64,000 bases of DNA from an uncultured bacterium. GTDB taxonomy: Bacteria; Krumholzibacteriota; Krumholzibacteriia; Krumholzibacteriales; Krumholzibacteriaceae. The translations under genes and the position numbers were made by a program. The DNA lies in NCBI GenBank assembly GCA_963786935.1, contig CAWBAN010000001.1:288001-352000 (forward strand), written 5' to 3'. Below, piece by piece: positions 39,401 through 48,840 of this stretch. The notes below the pieces were generated by a model. The model was not told where the DNA came from, ran no database searches, and saw only the letters and a program-made list of their open reading frames with translations. Numbering within the stretch: position 1 is the stretch's first letter; the number at the start of each line of letters is the position of its first letter.

Positions 39401-41467
39401 TCGCTCGAGGCCTACCGGTACCAGGTGTATCGGTCGCTGACGACCGGCGGGCCGTACGGTCTCGCGAACGGCGACCTCGTCAAATACACGCTGTTCCGCG
39501 ACACGGGCCTTCAGTCGAGCACGCGGTACTATTACCGGGTGTCGCTCGTCGACTCGTGCGGCAACGAGGGCTCGATGAGCGCCGAGCAGACCGCCACGAC
39601 GAGTCCGCCGCAGCTCGCGGGATGGCCGAACAAGATGGCCAAGGAAACGGCGAGCAGCGTGAAGATCGGCGATCTCGACGGCGACGGCCGTCCCGAGGTC
39701 GTCACGGGATCCGACTACGTGTACGCGTGGCACGGCAACGGTATCGAGGTGCGCGACGGAGACAGCCAGCCGCTCACCTGGGGCGTATTCAATACGCTCG
39801 GGAGCAACTTCACGGCCACCGTCGCGCTCGCGAATCTCGACGGCGTGCCCGGGCTGGAGATCGTCGGCGCGTCGTGGAACACGAAGCAGATATTCGTATT
39901 CAACAAGAACGGCGCCGCGCTGCCGGGATGGCCGAAAACGACGGCCTACCTGTGCTGGGCGAGCCCCGTCGCCGGTGATTTGGACGGCGACGGCGATCTC
40001 GAGATCGTCGCGTACGACGTCTACGGCAAGGTGTACGCGTGGCATGCGAGCGGCGTCGAAGTCCGCGACGGCGACGCCAATCCGGCGACGGACGGCGTCT
40101 TCTTCGTGACGAAGAATCCGGGAACATGGCACATGTCCACGCCGGCGATCGCCGACATGGACGAGGACGGCATCGGCGAGATCATCGTGTGTTCTCCGAA
40201 CGACAGCATCTATTGCCTCAACGGCAACGGAACGAGGGTGTCCGGCTGGCCGCTGAAGGTGGCCGACAGCGGCGCCAACATCACGTCGAGCCCCGCCGTC
40301 GGGGATATCGACGGGGACGGTCATCTCGAGGTGATCGTGCAGAGCAGCAGCGGGCGCATATACGGGTTGAACCACGACGCCACCTCGATGACGGGCTGGC
40401 CGCTGTGGATCTACAGCAATACGGGGACGATTTGCCCGTCTCCGGCGCTCGCCGATCTCAACAACGACGGGAAGCTCGAGGTCGTGATCGCGGGTCTCGA
40501 CAAGAACTGCTACGTGGTGCGGTATAACGGCACGGCGCTGACGGGATGGCCGCAGGCGTACGCGACGACGGGCACATCCGAATCATCGCCCATCATCGCC
40601 GATATCAACGGCGACGGCAGCCTCGATATTCTCCTCGCCTGCGAGGAGGGCCGTCTCAACGCGTGGACGCAGAGCGGCTCCTTCATCCCGGGCTTCCCGA
40701 TCCGTCTCGGCAGCTTCATTCGCGGCACGCCGATGGTGCACGACGTGGACTATAACGGCGATATCGAGCTCGCCGCCACCTGCTGGGACGCCAACGTCTA
40801 CGTGTGGGATCTCTCGGCCTCGTACTATCGCGGCTGCGCGCAGTGGAACGGCTTCCACGGGAACATCTACAACTCGGGCTGGAAGGAATTCGTCCCGGCG
40901 ACGGCGGTCGAGCAGATCACGTGCGTCTATCGCCTGCTCGAGGACGTCATCGAGCTCAACTGGTCCGTGTTCCCCGATGTCGCGTCCTGGAATCTCTACC
41001 GGGAGAAGCGCGGCGGCGACTTCGAGATTCTCGTTTCGGGGCTCCGGCCCGATCAGTCGAGCGTCATCAACTACGTCGACGGATCCGCCGAAGCGGGGCT
41101 CGTGTACCGCTACCGGCTCGAGGCGGAGGGACGGAGCGACCTCTCGCTGACCACGGCGGAGATCATGATGCCGGTGCAGAACGTGCGCCTGTACCAGAAC
41201 CATCCCAACCCGTTCAATCCGTCGACCGTGATTCCGTTCACCGTGCCGGGCGGAATGGGGGCGCGGCGCAGCGTATACCTCGCGGTGTACGACGTGAACG
41301 GCGCCCTCGTGAAGACCCTCCTGAGCGGCACGATCGAGGGAGGAAGGCACGAGGCGCGGTGGGACGGCCGGAACGATCGCGGCGAAAGCGTGGCGACGGG
41401 CATCTATTTCGCCCAGATCAAGTCCGGCGGTTTCAAGGAGGCCCGGAAGATGATTCTCCTCCGCTAG
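36494..41467 (+). CDS. Secreted C25 (gingipain-like) cysteine peptidase with FN3, FG-GAP repeats and FlgD-Ig/T9SS-like C-terminal domain
   Basis: GGAGG RBS; signal peptide; YVLLGGD, YLGRLPV, HTGHG, MSCT, YLGDPE; DLDGDG repeats; LYQNHPNPFNPST...WDGRNDRGE.VATGIYF. Confidence 0.88.
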   Translation: MRRISSALLSLLIFLALPVHSASGATLSWTFSLEPVQLRYEDADAGRVRIAIDGYAALEYFDHPALPYRVVSVLLPQGEDVSAYRLDALDRVSVRPAKPLAVFSGSYRDDGEMLGLAADGAAGEGADAVFPAWRVRHLGTGSYRGYRIAQFAVYPVRYDAGSGELTIESSVRLVVETAPSSDAGTVDRLRYIEGFRDESRRSVEGKCVNPEAAAAYSFDEIKVDPGTRAFLPSYEPSMEGSDVKYLIITNEAMSPAFQRLADWKTKKGIPAVVRTVEYIKGRSRSGADLAETLRNFIADAYAQWGVEYVLLGGDTDVIPARFGFVTFYTGEFIPTDMYYSCIDGTWNADGDSLWGEAFHSALDQGDNCDLYSEVYLGRLPVSTSTEATTLVNKIINYSTPTETASKSKFLMLAEVVFPSDYHPGDQIILDGAEIEQSVYNAYLAGNPDVTTARLYENYPAYAGSLPLTRAITLDSMSAGVNHILHTGHGYKYNMSVGDGSILNYDASSLTNGHKLFSMYLMSCTNVAFDTDCLAEYFLLNSNGGAFAVTGSSRSAFPSASRPYLDEYYRLLFTEDVVQLGRLQTLSREPFTGSAYGETADRWTHFIYNYLGDPEICIYQGAAKTYAVTKPASASFGSNSISIGVTSGGAPADSAVVCLYKKGDAYAYASTGPSGTVVFPAFLCKSSGPIYVTVTGLDHGTYRDSIMVAQQAPAYVRVNKTRVEDYIVGNNDLALDAGESVNLQVELKNTGQTAAAKLYAIVRSADPAVTVTDSVAVYPDLAAGAKAYGLDPYLFGVAASVSDLDPVEFTIDVRDSTGRFWSEKFAIAVHAPAIEIYVNALSDTLPFGNNNGVIEEGESCRLRIALKNYGTGVAQGITGKIRSLDGDIVVTDSTSSYGDISLLEAESGQGFVLSEVNRTQVNYFTFQATDRFGRVFSKRMELRKPGAPKSVVLNSSYGPNEIHLTWRRPDSLEAYRYQVYRSLTTGGPYGLANGDLVKYTLFRDTGLQSSTRYYYRVSLVDSCGNEGSMSAEQTATTSPPQLAGWPNKMAKETASSVKIGDLDGDGRPEVVTGSDYVYAWHGNGIEVRDGDSQPLTWGVFNTLGSNFTATVALANLDGVPGLEIVGASWNTKQIFVFNKNGAALPGWPKTTAYLCWASPVAGDLDGDGDLEIVAYDVYGKVYAWHASGVEVRDGDANPATDGVFFVTKNPGTWHMSTPAIADMDEDGIGEIIVCSPNDSIYCLNGNGTRVSGWPLKVADSGANITSSPAVGDIDGDGHLEVIVQSSSGRIYGLNHDATSMTGWPLWIYSNTGTICPSPALADLNNDGKLEVVIAGLDKNCYVVRYNGTALTGWPQAYATTGTSESSPIIADINGDGSLDILLACEEGRLNAWTQSGSFIPGFPIRLGSFIRGTPMVHDVDYNGDIELAATCWDANVYVWDLSASYYRGCAQWNGFHGNIYNSGWKEFVPATAVEQITCVYRLLEDVIELNWSVFPDVASWNLYREKRGGDFEILVSGLRPDQSSVINYVDGSAEAGLVYRYRLEAEGRSDLSLTTAEIMMPVQNVRLYQNHPNPFNPSTVIPFTVPGGMGARRSVYLAVYDVNGALVKTLLSGTIEGGRHEARWDGRNDRGESVATGIYFAQIKSGGFKEARKMILLR

Positions 41468-41892
41468 CCGTTCGGGCGGGCGGATCGGCGCTTTTCCGGA
41501 TGCCGCAGCCGGATGTAGCGCTCGAGCTCCTCGTACGAGTGGAAGTGGAGATCGAATTCGTACTCGTCGTGGAACTCGCATTCCGAGGACTTGTGTTGCC
41601 GGCAGATCCGAGGCCGCGACGGATAGATGAGACAGCCCCGTGCCGGATCGTAGAACCGGCACGGGGTTCTTACCATCAGGTACCATCGCCTGCGTTTCGT
41701 GTAAATCTCGACATCCCGGTGAGCGAGCATCCAGAGAACGTCGTCGAAATCCCTCGCGCTCTCCGGCGCTTCGATCTCGGTCGAAAAGTACATGCAGCAT
41801 CGGGCGGGAACACACGCCGTGCAGGTCGCCGAATCCTTCGCTCGGCTCAGTTTCCGTCGCGGCGTTCTCGCGGTGGTGCGTTTTGCGGGCAC
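41464..41892 (-). CDS. YkgJ family cysteine-cluster protein (CxxCxxxxCC)
   Basis: CTACVPARCC...CRFYD...CLIYPSRPRICR; GGAGGGAG RBS before GTG. Confidence 0.85.
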   Translation of the reverse strand: MPAKRTTARTPRRKLSRAKDSATCTACVPARCCMYFSTEIEAPESARDFDDVLWMLAHRDVEIYTKRRRWYLMVRTPCRFYDPARGCLIYPSRPRICRQHKSSECEFHDEYEFDLHFHSYEELERYIRLRHPEKRRSARPNG

Positions 41893-42133
41893 GGCGCTCC
41901 CTCCTTCGGGTGTTCGAGCGGCGATTGTACAGCCGGCGGGGCGGAAGCGGCAAGCCCTTCCTGAGCGGACCCGGACGCGTCCGCCGCGGCAACGGGGCTT
42001 CGGCAAAGGGCATTGACACCCTCTTCCCTCATATTGTATCGTGTATCTTTAGCGCAATTTTTTAAGAAAAGTGAATTTCAGCAATCGCTCGCCGGGCGAT
42101 TTTTCATGCGCGGCGCGGATAAAAGGAAGGTCC

Positions 42134-43297
42134 ATGATATACCTGCTGACCGAGGACGAGAGGATGATCCAGAAGACCGCCCGCGACTTCGCCCGCAAGG
42201 AGCTCGCACCCGTCTCCCTCGAGGCGAACGAGAAGGGCGTGTTCCCCGATCATATCTTCAAGAAGCTCGGTGAGCTCGGATTCATGGGAATCACCATGCC
42301 GGAGGAGTACGGCGGCGTCAATCTCGGCACCTTCTCCCTCGTCCTCGTGCTCGAGGAGATAAACGCGGTGTGCGCGTCGACCGGCGTGACGATGTCGGTG
42401 CACAACTCGCTCACGAACTGGTGCATCCTCAAGTACGGAAGCGAGAAAACCCGCGCGCGGCTCCTCCCGAGGCTCGCGGCGGGGGAGATTCTCGGCGCGT
42501 ACGCGATCACCGAATCGGAGGCGGGAAGCGATGTCTCCGCGATGCGCATGACGGCGGTCCGGAAGGGGAACGAGTATATCCTGAACGGCGCCAAGATATT
42601 CATCTCCACGGGCGACAAGGCGGGAGCGATCATCGTGTTCGCCCGCACCGACCAGAAAGACCGGACGAAGGGGATCAGCGCCTTCGTCGTGGAGCCCGAC
42701 GCGCCGGGATTCTCTATCGGGAAGATCGAAAAGAAAATGGGATTGAAGGCGTCGACGACGGTCGAGCTCGTCTTCGAGGATTGCCGCGTGAGCGCGGACA
42801 ATCTCCTCGGCGCGGAGGGAATGGGGATGAAGATCGCGCTCGCGGGCCTCGACGGCGGCAGGATCGGCATCGCCGCGCAGGCGGTCGGCATCGCGCAGGC
42901 CGCGCTCGAGGAGGGGCTCCGGTTCTCGCGCGAGCGGAAGCAGTTCAACACGCGAATCGTGGATTTCCAGTCGACCCGGTGGAAGATCGCCGACATGGCG
43001 ACGGCCGTCGACGCGGCGCGTCTCTTGACCTACCGCGCGGCGAAGCTCAGGGACGCCGGCGCGCCGTGCTCGAAGGAATCGTCCATGGCGAAGCTCTTCG
43101 CGAGCCGCACGGCGAACGCGGTCGTGTACGACGCGCTCCAGATGCACGGGGGGGTCGGCTATACGGAGGATTTCCTCGTCGAGCGGCTGTTCCGGGACGC
43201 CCGGGTGACCGAGATCTACGAGGGAACGAGCGAGATTCAGCGTCTCGTCATCTCGAAGGCGGTCATCGAGGAGTTCGAACGGACCGTTCCGGATTGA
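42134..43297 (+). CDS. Acyl-CoA dehydrogenase (butyryl-CoA dehydrogenase-like)
   Basis: AITESEAGSD, LNGAKIFI, GGRIGIAAQAVG, QMHGGVGY, RDARVTEIYEGTSEIQR. Confidence 0.93.
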   Translation: MIYLLTEDERMIQKTARDFARKELAPVSLEANEKGVFPDHIFKKLGELGFMGITMPEEYGGVNLGTFSLVLVLEEINAVCASTGVTMSVHNSLTNWCILKYGSEKTRARLLPRLAAGEILGAYAITESEAGSDVSAMRMTAVRKGNEYILNGAKIFISTGDKAGAIIVFARTDQKDRTKGISAFVVEPDAPGFSIGKIEKKMGLKASTTVELVFEDCRVSADNLLGAEGMGMKIALAGLDGGRIGIAAQAVGIAQAALEEGLRFSRERKQFNTRIVDFQSTRWKIADMATAVDAARLLTYRAAKLRDAGAPCSKESSMAKLFASRTANAVVYDALQMHGGVGYTEDFLVERLFRDARVTEIYEGTSEIQRLVISKAVIEEFERTVPD

Positions 43298-43324
43298 TGC
43301 GCACGGCAGCGAAAGGAGGAGCAC

Positions 43325-44116
43325 TTGAAAATTCTCGCGCTCTTGAAACGGGTGCCCGATACCGAGGCGAAGATCCTGATCAACCAGGACGGCACCGGCA
43401 TCAAGGATGAGGGCATCAAGTACGTCATCAACACGTACGACGAGTACGCGGTCGAGGAAGGCTTGCGGCTCAAGGAAAAGGCGGGGGGCACGAGCACGGT
43501 GACGGTCGTGTGTGTGGGGCCCGAGGAGGCGACCGAGCTGATCCGGACGGCGCTCGCGATGGGCGCCGACGACGCCGTGCACGTGTGCGACAAGGCGCTC
43601 GAGCGCCCCGATCCGTTCGTCGTCGCCTCCGTGCTGGCGAAGGCGATCACGACTGAGGGATTCGACATCATTTTCTGCGGCAAACAGGCGATCGACGACG
43701 ACATGGGACAGGTTCAGTCGATACTCGCCGAGATGCTCGGCATTCCGCAGGTGAACGTGGCGACGGCGTTCGAGATGGCCGCCGACGCGAAGCGCGCCAC
43801 GGTGCGGCGCCGCGTCGAGGGAGGGGACGAGAAAGTGGAGACGAGCCTCCCCGTCATCGTATCGTGCGAGAAGGGTCTCAACGATCCGCGGTACGCGTCC
43901 CTGCCGGGCATCATGAAAGCGAAGAAGAAGGAAATCAGGAAAAAGACGCTGGCCGATCTCGGATTCGCCCAGGCTCCCGGCGACGCGCGGAGCACGATCC
44001 TGCGCTGGCTGCCCCCGCCCAAGAGCGCGGGGTGCACGATGGTCAAGGCCGAGGAGACGCGGGATGCCGTGAAGGAGCTCGTGCGGCTGCTCCGCGAAGA
44101 GGCAAAGGTCGTTTAG
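43325..44116 (+). CDS. etfB: Electron transfer flavoprotein beta subunit
   Basis: KRVPDT, YDEYAVEE, ALAMGAD, GKQAIDDD, PRYASLPGIMKAKKK. Confidence 0.93.
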   Translation: MKILALLKRVPDTEAKILINQDGTGIKDEGIKYVINTYDEYAVEEGLRLKEKAGGTSTVTVVCVGPEEATELIRTALAMGADDAVHVCDKALERPDPFVVASVLAKAITTEGFDIIFCGKQAIDDDMGQVQSILAEMLGIPQVNVATAFEMAADAKRATVRRRVEGGDEKVETSLPVIVSCEKGLNDPRYASLPGIMKAKKKEIRKKTLADLGFAQAPGDARSTILRWLPPPKSAGCTMVKAEETRDAVKELVRLLREEAKVV

Positions 44117-44144
44117 GCGCTGCTCGACAGGAAGGATGTTCATA

Positions 44145-45125
44145 ATGGCGAACGATATTCTGGTATTCGGCGAGGTCCGCGGGGGAGGCATCAAGAAAAT
44201 CACGAAAGAGCTCGTCGGCGCGGCGCGGCGCGTGTCGGCCGCGGCCGGCGGGGCGATCGACGCGGCGCTCATCGGATCGGGGGCGCGCGCGGCGGCGGAA
44301 GGTCTGACGGGATTCGGGCTGCGGAAGATCGTCGTAGCCGAGGACGACGCGCTCGCGCGCTATTCGACCGAGGGGTACGCCGCGGTGCTCTCCGATATCG
44401 CGAAGCGGGGAGCCTACTCGTACGTGTTCCTCGGCGCGACGGCGATGGGGAGGGACCTCGGTCCCCGGGTCGCCGCGAAGACGGACGGCGTGATGTTCAG
44501 CGACTGCGTCGACGTGCGCATGGAAGGGAGCCGGTGCGTCGCCCGCAGGCCCGTGTATTCGGGCAGGGCGTACGTCGAGATCGTCAGGACGGGGGAGCGG
44601 CAGAACTTCATTTCGATCCGGCCCAACAACGTCCCGCCGGCCGAGCCGACCGGGGGAGCCACGCCGGTCGAGACGCACGCCTCGAGCGTCGCGCGGGACG
44701 CGATCCGCGCCATCGTCACCGAGATCTTTCCCCTCGAAGGGGGGCGCCCCGATCTCACCGAGGCGGACGTCATCGTGACGGGCGGGCGCGCCATGAAAGA
44801 CAAGGCGAATTTCAAGATACTCGAGGAGCTCGCCGATCTCCTCGGCGCCGCGGTCGGAGCTTCGCGCGCCGCCGTCGACGCGGGCTTCGCGCCGGTCGCG
44901 ATCCAGGTGGGACAGACGGGCAAGATCGTGAATCCGAAGCTCTATATCGCCTGCGGGGTCTCGGGCGCGATCCAGCACCTCGCCGGCATGCGCACCTCGA
45001 AGGTCATTGTCGCGATCAACAAGGATCCGAACGCGCCGATCTTCGAGCGCGCCACCTATGGAATCGTCGGCGACCTCTTCGAAATCGTGCCGATGCTGAC
45101 GGAGGAGCTGAAGAAGATTCTATGA
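44145..45125 (+). CDS. etfA: Electron transfer flavoprotein alpha subunit
   Basis: [40 protein letters not shown]. Confidence 0.95.
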   Translation: MANDILVFGEVRGGGIKKITKELVGAARRVSAAAGGAIDAALIGSGARAAAEGLTGFGLRKIVVAEDDALARYSTEGYAAVLSDIAKRGAYSYVFLGATAMGRDLGPRVAAKTDGVMFSDCVDVRMEGSRCVARRPVYSGRAYVEIVRTGERQNFISIRPNNVPPAEPTGGATPVETHASSVARDAIRAIVTEIFPLEGGRPDLTEADVIVTGGRAMKDKANFKILEELADLLGAAVGASRAAVDAGFAPVAIQVGQTGKIVNPKLYIACGVSGAIQHLAGMRTSKVIVAINKDPNAPIFERATYGIVGDLFEIVPMLTEELKKIL

Positions 45126-47104
45126 CGACGCAGGGAATCGTGTTCCTCGTTCTGTTCGCCGCCGTGCTCACGGTGTTCGGTCTCGTCGTCCGGCTGCTCT
45201 ACCGGATTCTCCGGGCGGGGAAGCCCGAGAACCGGTTCGACCGGTGGGGAGACCGCATCAAGGCGGTGATCGTCTACGTCGCCGCCCAGGCGCGGGTGCT
45301 GGCGAAGCCGGCGGGGCTGGGGCATTTCGTCATTTTCTGGGGATTCATCTTCATCACGATCGGAACGCTCGATCACATGCTCGGCCAGGTCGTTCCCGGG
45401 TTCGGGCTCGAGCGGATCGTGGGACGGAGCGCCGGATCCGCGTTCATCCTGCTCCAGGACGTGTTCGGAATTCTCGTCATCGTCGCGCTCGCCGTGGCCG
45501 CCGTGCGGCGCTTCGTCCTGAAGCCGGCGCGCCTCGAGATCGACGATCCCGCCGCGCCGCCGCAGGCCGCCCTCATTCTGACGCTCATCTTCGTGCTCAT
45601 CCTGTTCATGTACGGGATGAAGGGAACGGAGATCCTCGAGGGATCGGCGCGGCTCACGAGGGGGAACGCCCCCGTTTCCTCCGTCGCCGCCGCGATGATG
45701 CGCGGGTGGGGCATGAACCTGCCGCTCGCCTACGACGTGTTCTCGTGGGGGCACAACCTCGTCATCTTCTTCTTCCTGCTCTTCATTCCGTTCTCGAAGC
45801 ACATCCACATTCTCGGCGCCATCCCGAACGTGCTTTTCAAGAATCTCGGCAGGCCGGGCGCGCTGAGCCGCATGAATTTCGAGGACGAATCGGCGGAGAA
45901 ATTCGGCGTCTCGGAGCTCAGGGATTACACGTGGAAGCAGCTCATGGATCTGTACGCGTGCACCGAGTGCGGGAGGTGCCAGGTCGCCTGCCCCGCCCAC
46001 ACGACGCAGAAGCCGCTGAGCCCGTTCCGCGTCATTCACCGCCTGCGCGCTCAGCTCATGCGGGACAAGGGGAGCCTCTTCGCGAAGGGCGCCGACGTGC
46101 TGAAGCCTTCGCCGGTGATTCCGGCGACCGTTTCCGAGGACGAGATCTGGGCGTGCACCACCTGCGGGGCGTGCATGCAGGAATGCCCGACCTTCATCGA
46201 GCACGTGCAGAAGCTCGTCGATCTGAGACGGTTCCTCGTTCTGACCGAGAGCCGCTTCCCCGCCGAGGCGCAGCCGGTGTTCAAAAACATGGAGGTCAAC
46301 TACAATCCGTGGGCGATCGGGTATTCGTCCCGCGCCGACTGGGCGCAGGGGCTCGACGTGCCGCTCGCGTCCGCGAAGCAGAGTTTCGACGTGCTCTTCT
46401 GGGTCGGCTGCTCCGGGTCGTTCGATCAGCGGTCGCAGAAGGTGTCTCGCGCGGTCGTGCGGCTCCTGCAGCTCGCGGGAGTCGATTTCGCCATCCTCGG
46501 CACGGAGGAGATGTGCTGCGGGGAAACGGCGCGCAGGATGGGGAACGAGTATCTCGCCCAGACCCTGATTCAGGCGAACATCGAAACGCTCAAGAAATAT
46601 AAATTCAACCGCATCGTCACCGCCTGCCCCCACGGGCTCAACACCTTCCTCGTCGAGTATCCGCAGTTCGGGCTCAGCATGCCCGTCATGCATCATTCCG
46701 CGTTTCTCCTCGGGCTCGTTTCGGAGGGAAGGCTGAAACCGAGGCGGAACGAAACGCTCCGCGGCGCCTACCATGATTCGTGCTACCTCGGCAGGTACAA
46801 CGGCGTACTGCGCGAGCCGCGCTCGCTCCTCTCGCGCTCGGCGAAACGCGTCGTCGAGTTCCGGCGGCGCGGTGCGTCGAGCTTCTGCTGCGGCGCGGGC
46901 GGAGGGAGGATGTGGATGGAGGAGACGATCGGCTCCCGGATCAACGAGGACCGCGCGCGGGAGCTCCTCGGTCTCGGGGTCGACCATGTCTTCACGGCGT
47001 GCCCGTTCTGCCTGACGATGTTCGAGGATGCGCTCAAGACGCTCGGCCGGGAGGATATCAAGGCGAGGGACGTCGCCGAGATCCTGCTGGAGGCCTGCTC
47101 GTAA
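45122..47104 (+). CDS. Membrane-bound Fe-S oxidoreductase (FadF / ETF:quinone oxidoreductase-like; TM + 2x4Fe-4S + CCG domains)
   Basis: TM domain with His (SKHIH); CTECGRCQVACP, CTTCGACMQECP; CCG motifs; YHDSCYLGR. Confidence 0.88.
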   Translation: MTTQGIVFLVLFAAVLTVFGLVVRLLYRILRAGKPENRFDRWGDRIKAVIVYVAAQARVLAKPAGLGHFVIFWGFIFITIGTLDHMLGQVVPGFGLERIVGRSAGSAFILLQDVFGILVIVALAVAAVRRFVLKPARLEIDDPAAPPQAALILTLIFVLILFMYGMKGTEILEGSARLTRGNAPVSSVAAAMMRGWGMNLPLAYDVFSWGHNLVIFFFLLFIPFSKHIHILGAIPNVLFKNLGRPGALSRMNFEDESAEKFGVSELRDYTWKQLMDLYACTECGRCQVACPAHTTQKPLSPFRVIHRLRAQLMRDKGSLFAKGADVLKPSPVIPATVSEDEIWACTTCGACMQECPTFIEHVQKLVDLRRFLVLTESRFPAEAQPVFKNMEVNYNPWAIGYSSRADWAQGLDVPLASAKQSFDVLFWVGCSGSFDQRSQKVSRAVVRLLQLAGVDFAILGTEEMCCGETARRMGNEYLAQTLIQANIETLKKYKFNRIVTACPHGLNTFLVEYPQFGLSMPVMHHSAFLLGLVSEGRLKPRRNETLRGAYHDSCYLGRYNGVLREPRSLLSRSAKRVVEFRRRGASSFCCGAGGGRMWMEETIGSRINEDRARELLGLGVDHVFTACPFCLTMFEDALKTLGREDIKARDVAEILLEACS

Positions 47105-47111
47105 CATGAGA

Positions 47112-47141
47112 AGGAGCCGCGCCTTACGGGACGCGGCTCCT
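47112..47141. terminator. GC-rich hairpin between convergent genes
   Basis: AGGAGCCGCG-N10-CGCGGCTCCT. Confidence 0.6.
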
Positions 47142-47167
47142 CTCGCATAATACTTGCGGTTCGCCCG

Positions 47168-47356
47168 CTATTCCTGCCAGTTGATCGCTTCTACCGGACA
47201 GTTATTGATGGCGTCCTGAATTTCGTCCTCATCCGCTCCCTCGGGATCCGAGACCGTCGCGACTTCCCCGTCCATCGCAAAGACAGCGGGTACGGTTTCC
47301 ACGCAAAGTTCGCAGCCGGTGCAGAGATCGGGATCGACAAATGGAACTCTTGGCAT
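47168..47356 (-). CDS. Monocluster ferredoxin
   Basis: CTGCELC...CPVEAI, 62 aa, acidic; AAGGAG RBS. Confidence 0.92.
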   Translation of the reverse strand: MPRVPFVDPDLCTGCELCVETVPAVFAMDGEVATVSDPEGADEDEIQDAINNCPVEAINWQE

Positions 47357-47685
47357 TTTTGTACTCCTTTGCTGAGGAACATCCTGCTAATTAACAGGCT
47401 ATGGCCCTCCTGTCAAGGATATTTTTCCCGGCGCCCCGGCGGGCGCTTTTCGGCCGGTTCCGCGGGGGAGCAGGGAGCGCTCTGACGATCAGAATCTCTT
47501 TGTAATATCTGTGGATACAAGCGTTACGGAGAAATCGTCCTCCCGGCGGGAGTGCCGTTCGGGCTCGCGCGAACCGGGCAAGAGATTTGCGCTTGTGCGG
47601 GGCGCGACCGGCGCGCTACATTACCGGTATTCGGAACTCATGCGATCCGCGGGATCGATCCGGATCGCGGAAAGGCGGGACGGGG

Positions 47686-48663
47686 ATGCGAAGATTCTCA
47701 CGCTGGCGGCTGCGGGTCGTCGCGGGCGCCGCGATTCTCTCGACGGCGCTCGGAGCGGGGTGCGGGACGGAAGGCGCGAAGAAGCGCTTGCAGGCGAAAC
47801 CGGACGAGCTCACCGTCGTCTTCTCGAGCGATCTGCTCGGCAAGGTGCGCTCCTGCGGGTGCGTGATCGAGGATATGGGCGGGCTCGGGCGCTGGGCGAC
47901 GTTCACCGGACGCGTCAGGGAGTCGGTCGACAACCTCATCGTGGTCGACGCGGGGGACGTTTTCGGCGCGGAGCTATCCTTCACGCAGAAGGAGGCGGAG
48001 CTCGCGTTCGACGCCATGAACGTCGTCGGGCTCGACGCATACACCCCCGGCGAAACCGATTTCGTGTTCGGCCTGCCGTTTCTGCGGACGCTGGCGAGCC
48101 GGGCGAAATTCGCGATCGTCGCGGCGAACATCGTCGATCCCGTCACGGGGGAGTGCATCTTCGGCGCGCCCTACACGATCAAGACGCTCGCGGGAGGGCT
48201 CCGCGTCGGGATCGTCGGCGTTCTCGACGACGCGATCCGGTTCCCTTCGTACATCGACGTCTCGACGTTCAAGGTCCTGCCCGCGATCGAAACGGTCAGG
48301 AATCTCGTTCCGGAGCTCAAGGAGAAAGCCGATTTCCTCGTCATATTGAGCCACATGGGCATGGAGCGCTCGCTCGAGCTCGCGCGAGAGGCGGGGGATT
48401 TCGATCTCGTCGTCGTCGGTCACGCGAAGCCGGTCCTCAAGGAGCTCACGAAGCAGGGGGAATCGATCATGCTCGCGACGGGCGGATCGGGGCAGTACAT
48501 GGGGCGGATCGATCTGTCCCTCGCCGCGGACGGCGCCATCACCGAGGGGCAGATGAAGCTCGTGCCGCTCGACGAGACCATTCCGCTCAATCAGGAAGTC
48601 AAGGATCTGTTCACGCAGTACGGCGTCCCGCTCACGGACAAGGAGATGCACAAGAAAAAATGA
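47686..48663 (+). CDS. UshA/5'-nucleotidase N-terminal-like lipoprotein with CGC motif
   Basis: Lipobox GAGC; SDLLGKVRSCGC...GGLGR, VDAGD, PGETD, LSHMG, VVVGH; lacks the C-terminal nucleotidase domain. Confidence 0.75.
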   Translation: MRRFSRWRLRVVAGAAILSTALGAGCGTEGAKKRLQAKPDELTVVFSSDLLGKVRSCGCVIEDMGGLGRWATFTGRVRESVDNLIVVDAGDVFGAELSFTQKEAELAFDAMNVVGLDAYTPGETDFVFGLPFLRTLASRAKFAIVAANIVDPVTGECIFGAPYTIKTLAGGLRVGIVGVLDDAIRFPSYIDVSTFKVLPAIETVRNLVPELKEKADFLVILSHMGMERSLELAREAGDFDLVVVGHAKPVLKELTKQGESIMLATGGSGQYMGRIDLSLAADGAITEGQMKLVPLDETIPLNQEVKDLFTQYGVPLTDKEMHKKK

Positions 48664-48840
48664 GCGGTTCCCGTTCGCCGGGGAGGGAGCCGTCCTTAAG
48701 TCGCTGTTATCCTTGCAATTAATTTGTCATTGACAAGCGCCCGAGAGCGTATTAATTTTCTCCGGTACGTTTCGTTTCCCAAGCGAGGTTTCCCGCTGGA
48801 GCGTAGAAAGCTTTTCCTCATCCTGCAAAGGAGCGCATGT

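Noticed and set aside
47510..47518. DnaA box-like TGTGGATAC / replication origin
   Set aside because: Single 8-of-9 match, no cluster, no dnaA/dnaN nearby
47854..47862. Selenocysteine readthrough in the UshA-like protein
   Set aside because: Both Cys codons are TGC; no in-frame TGA
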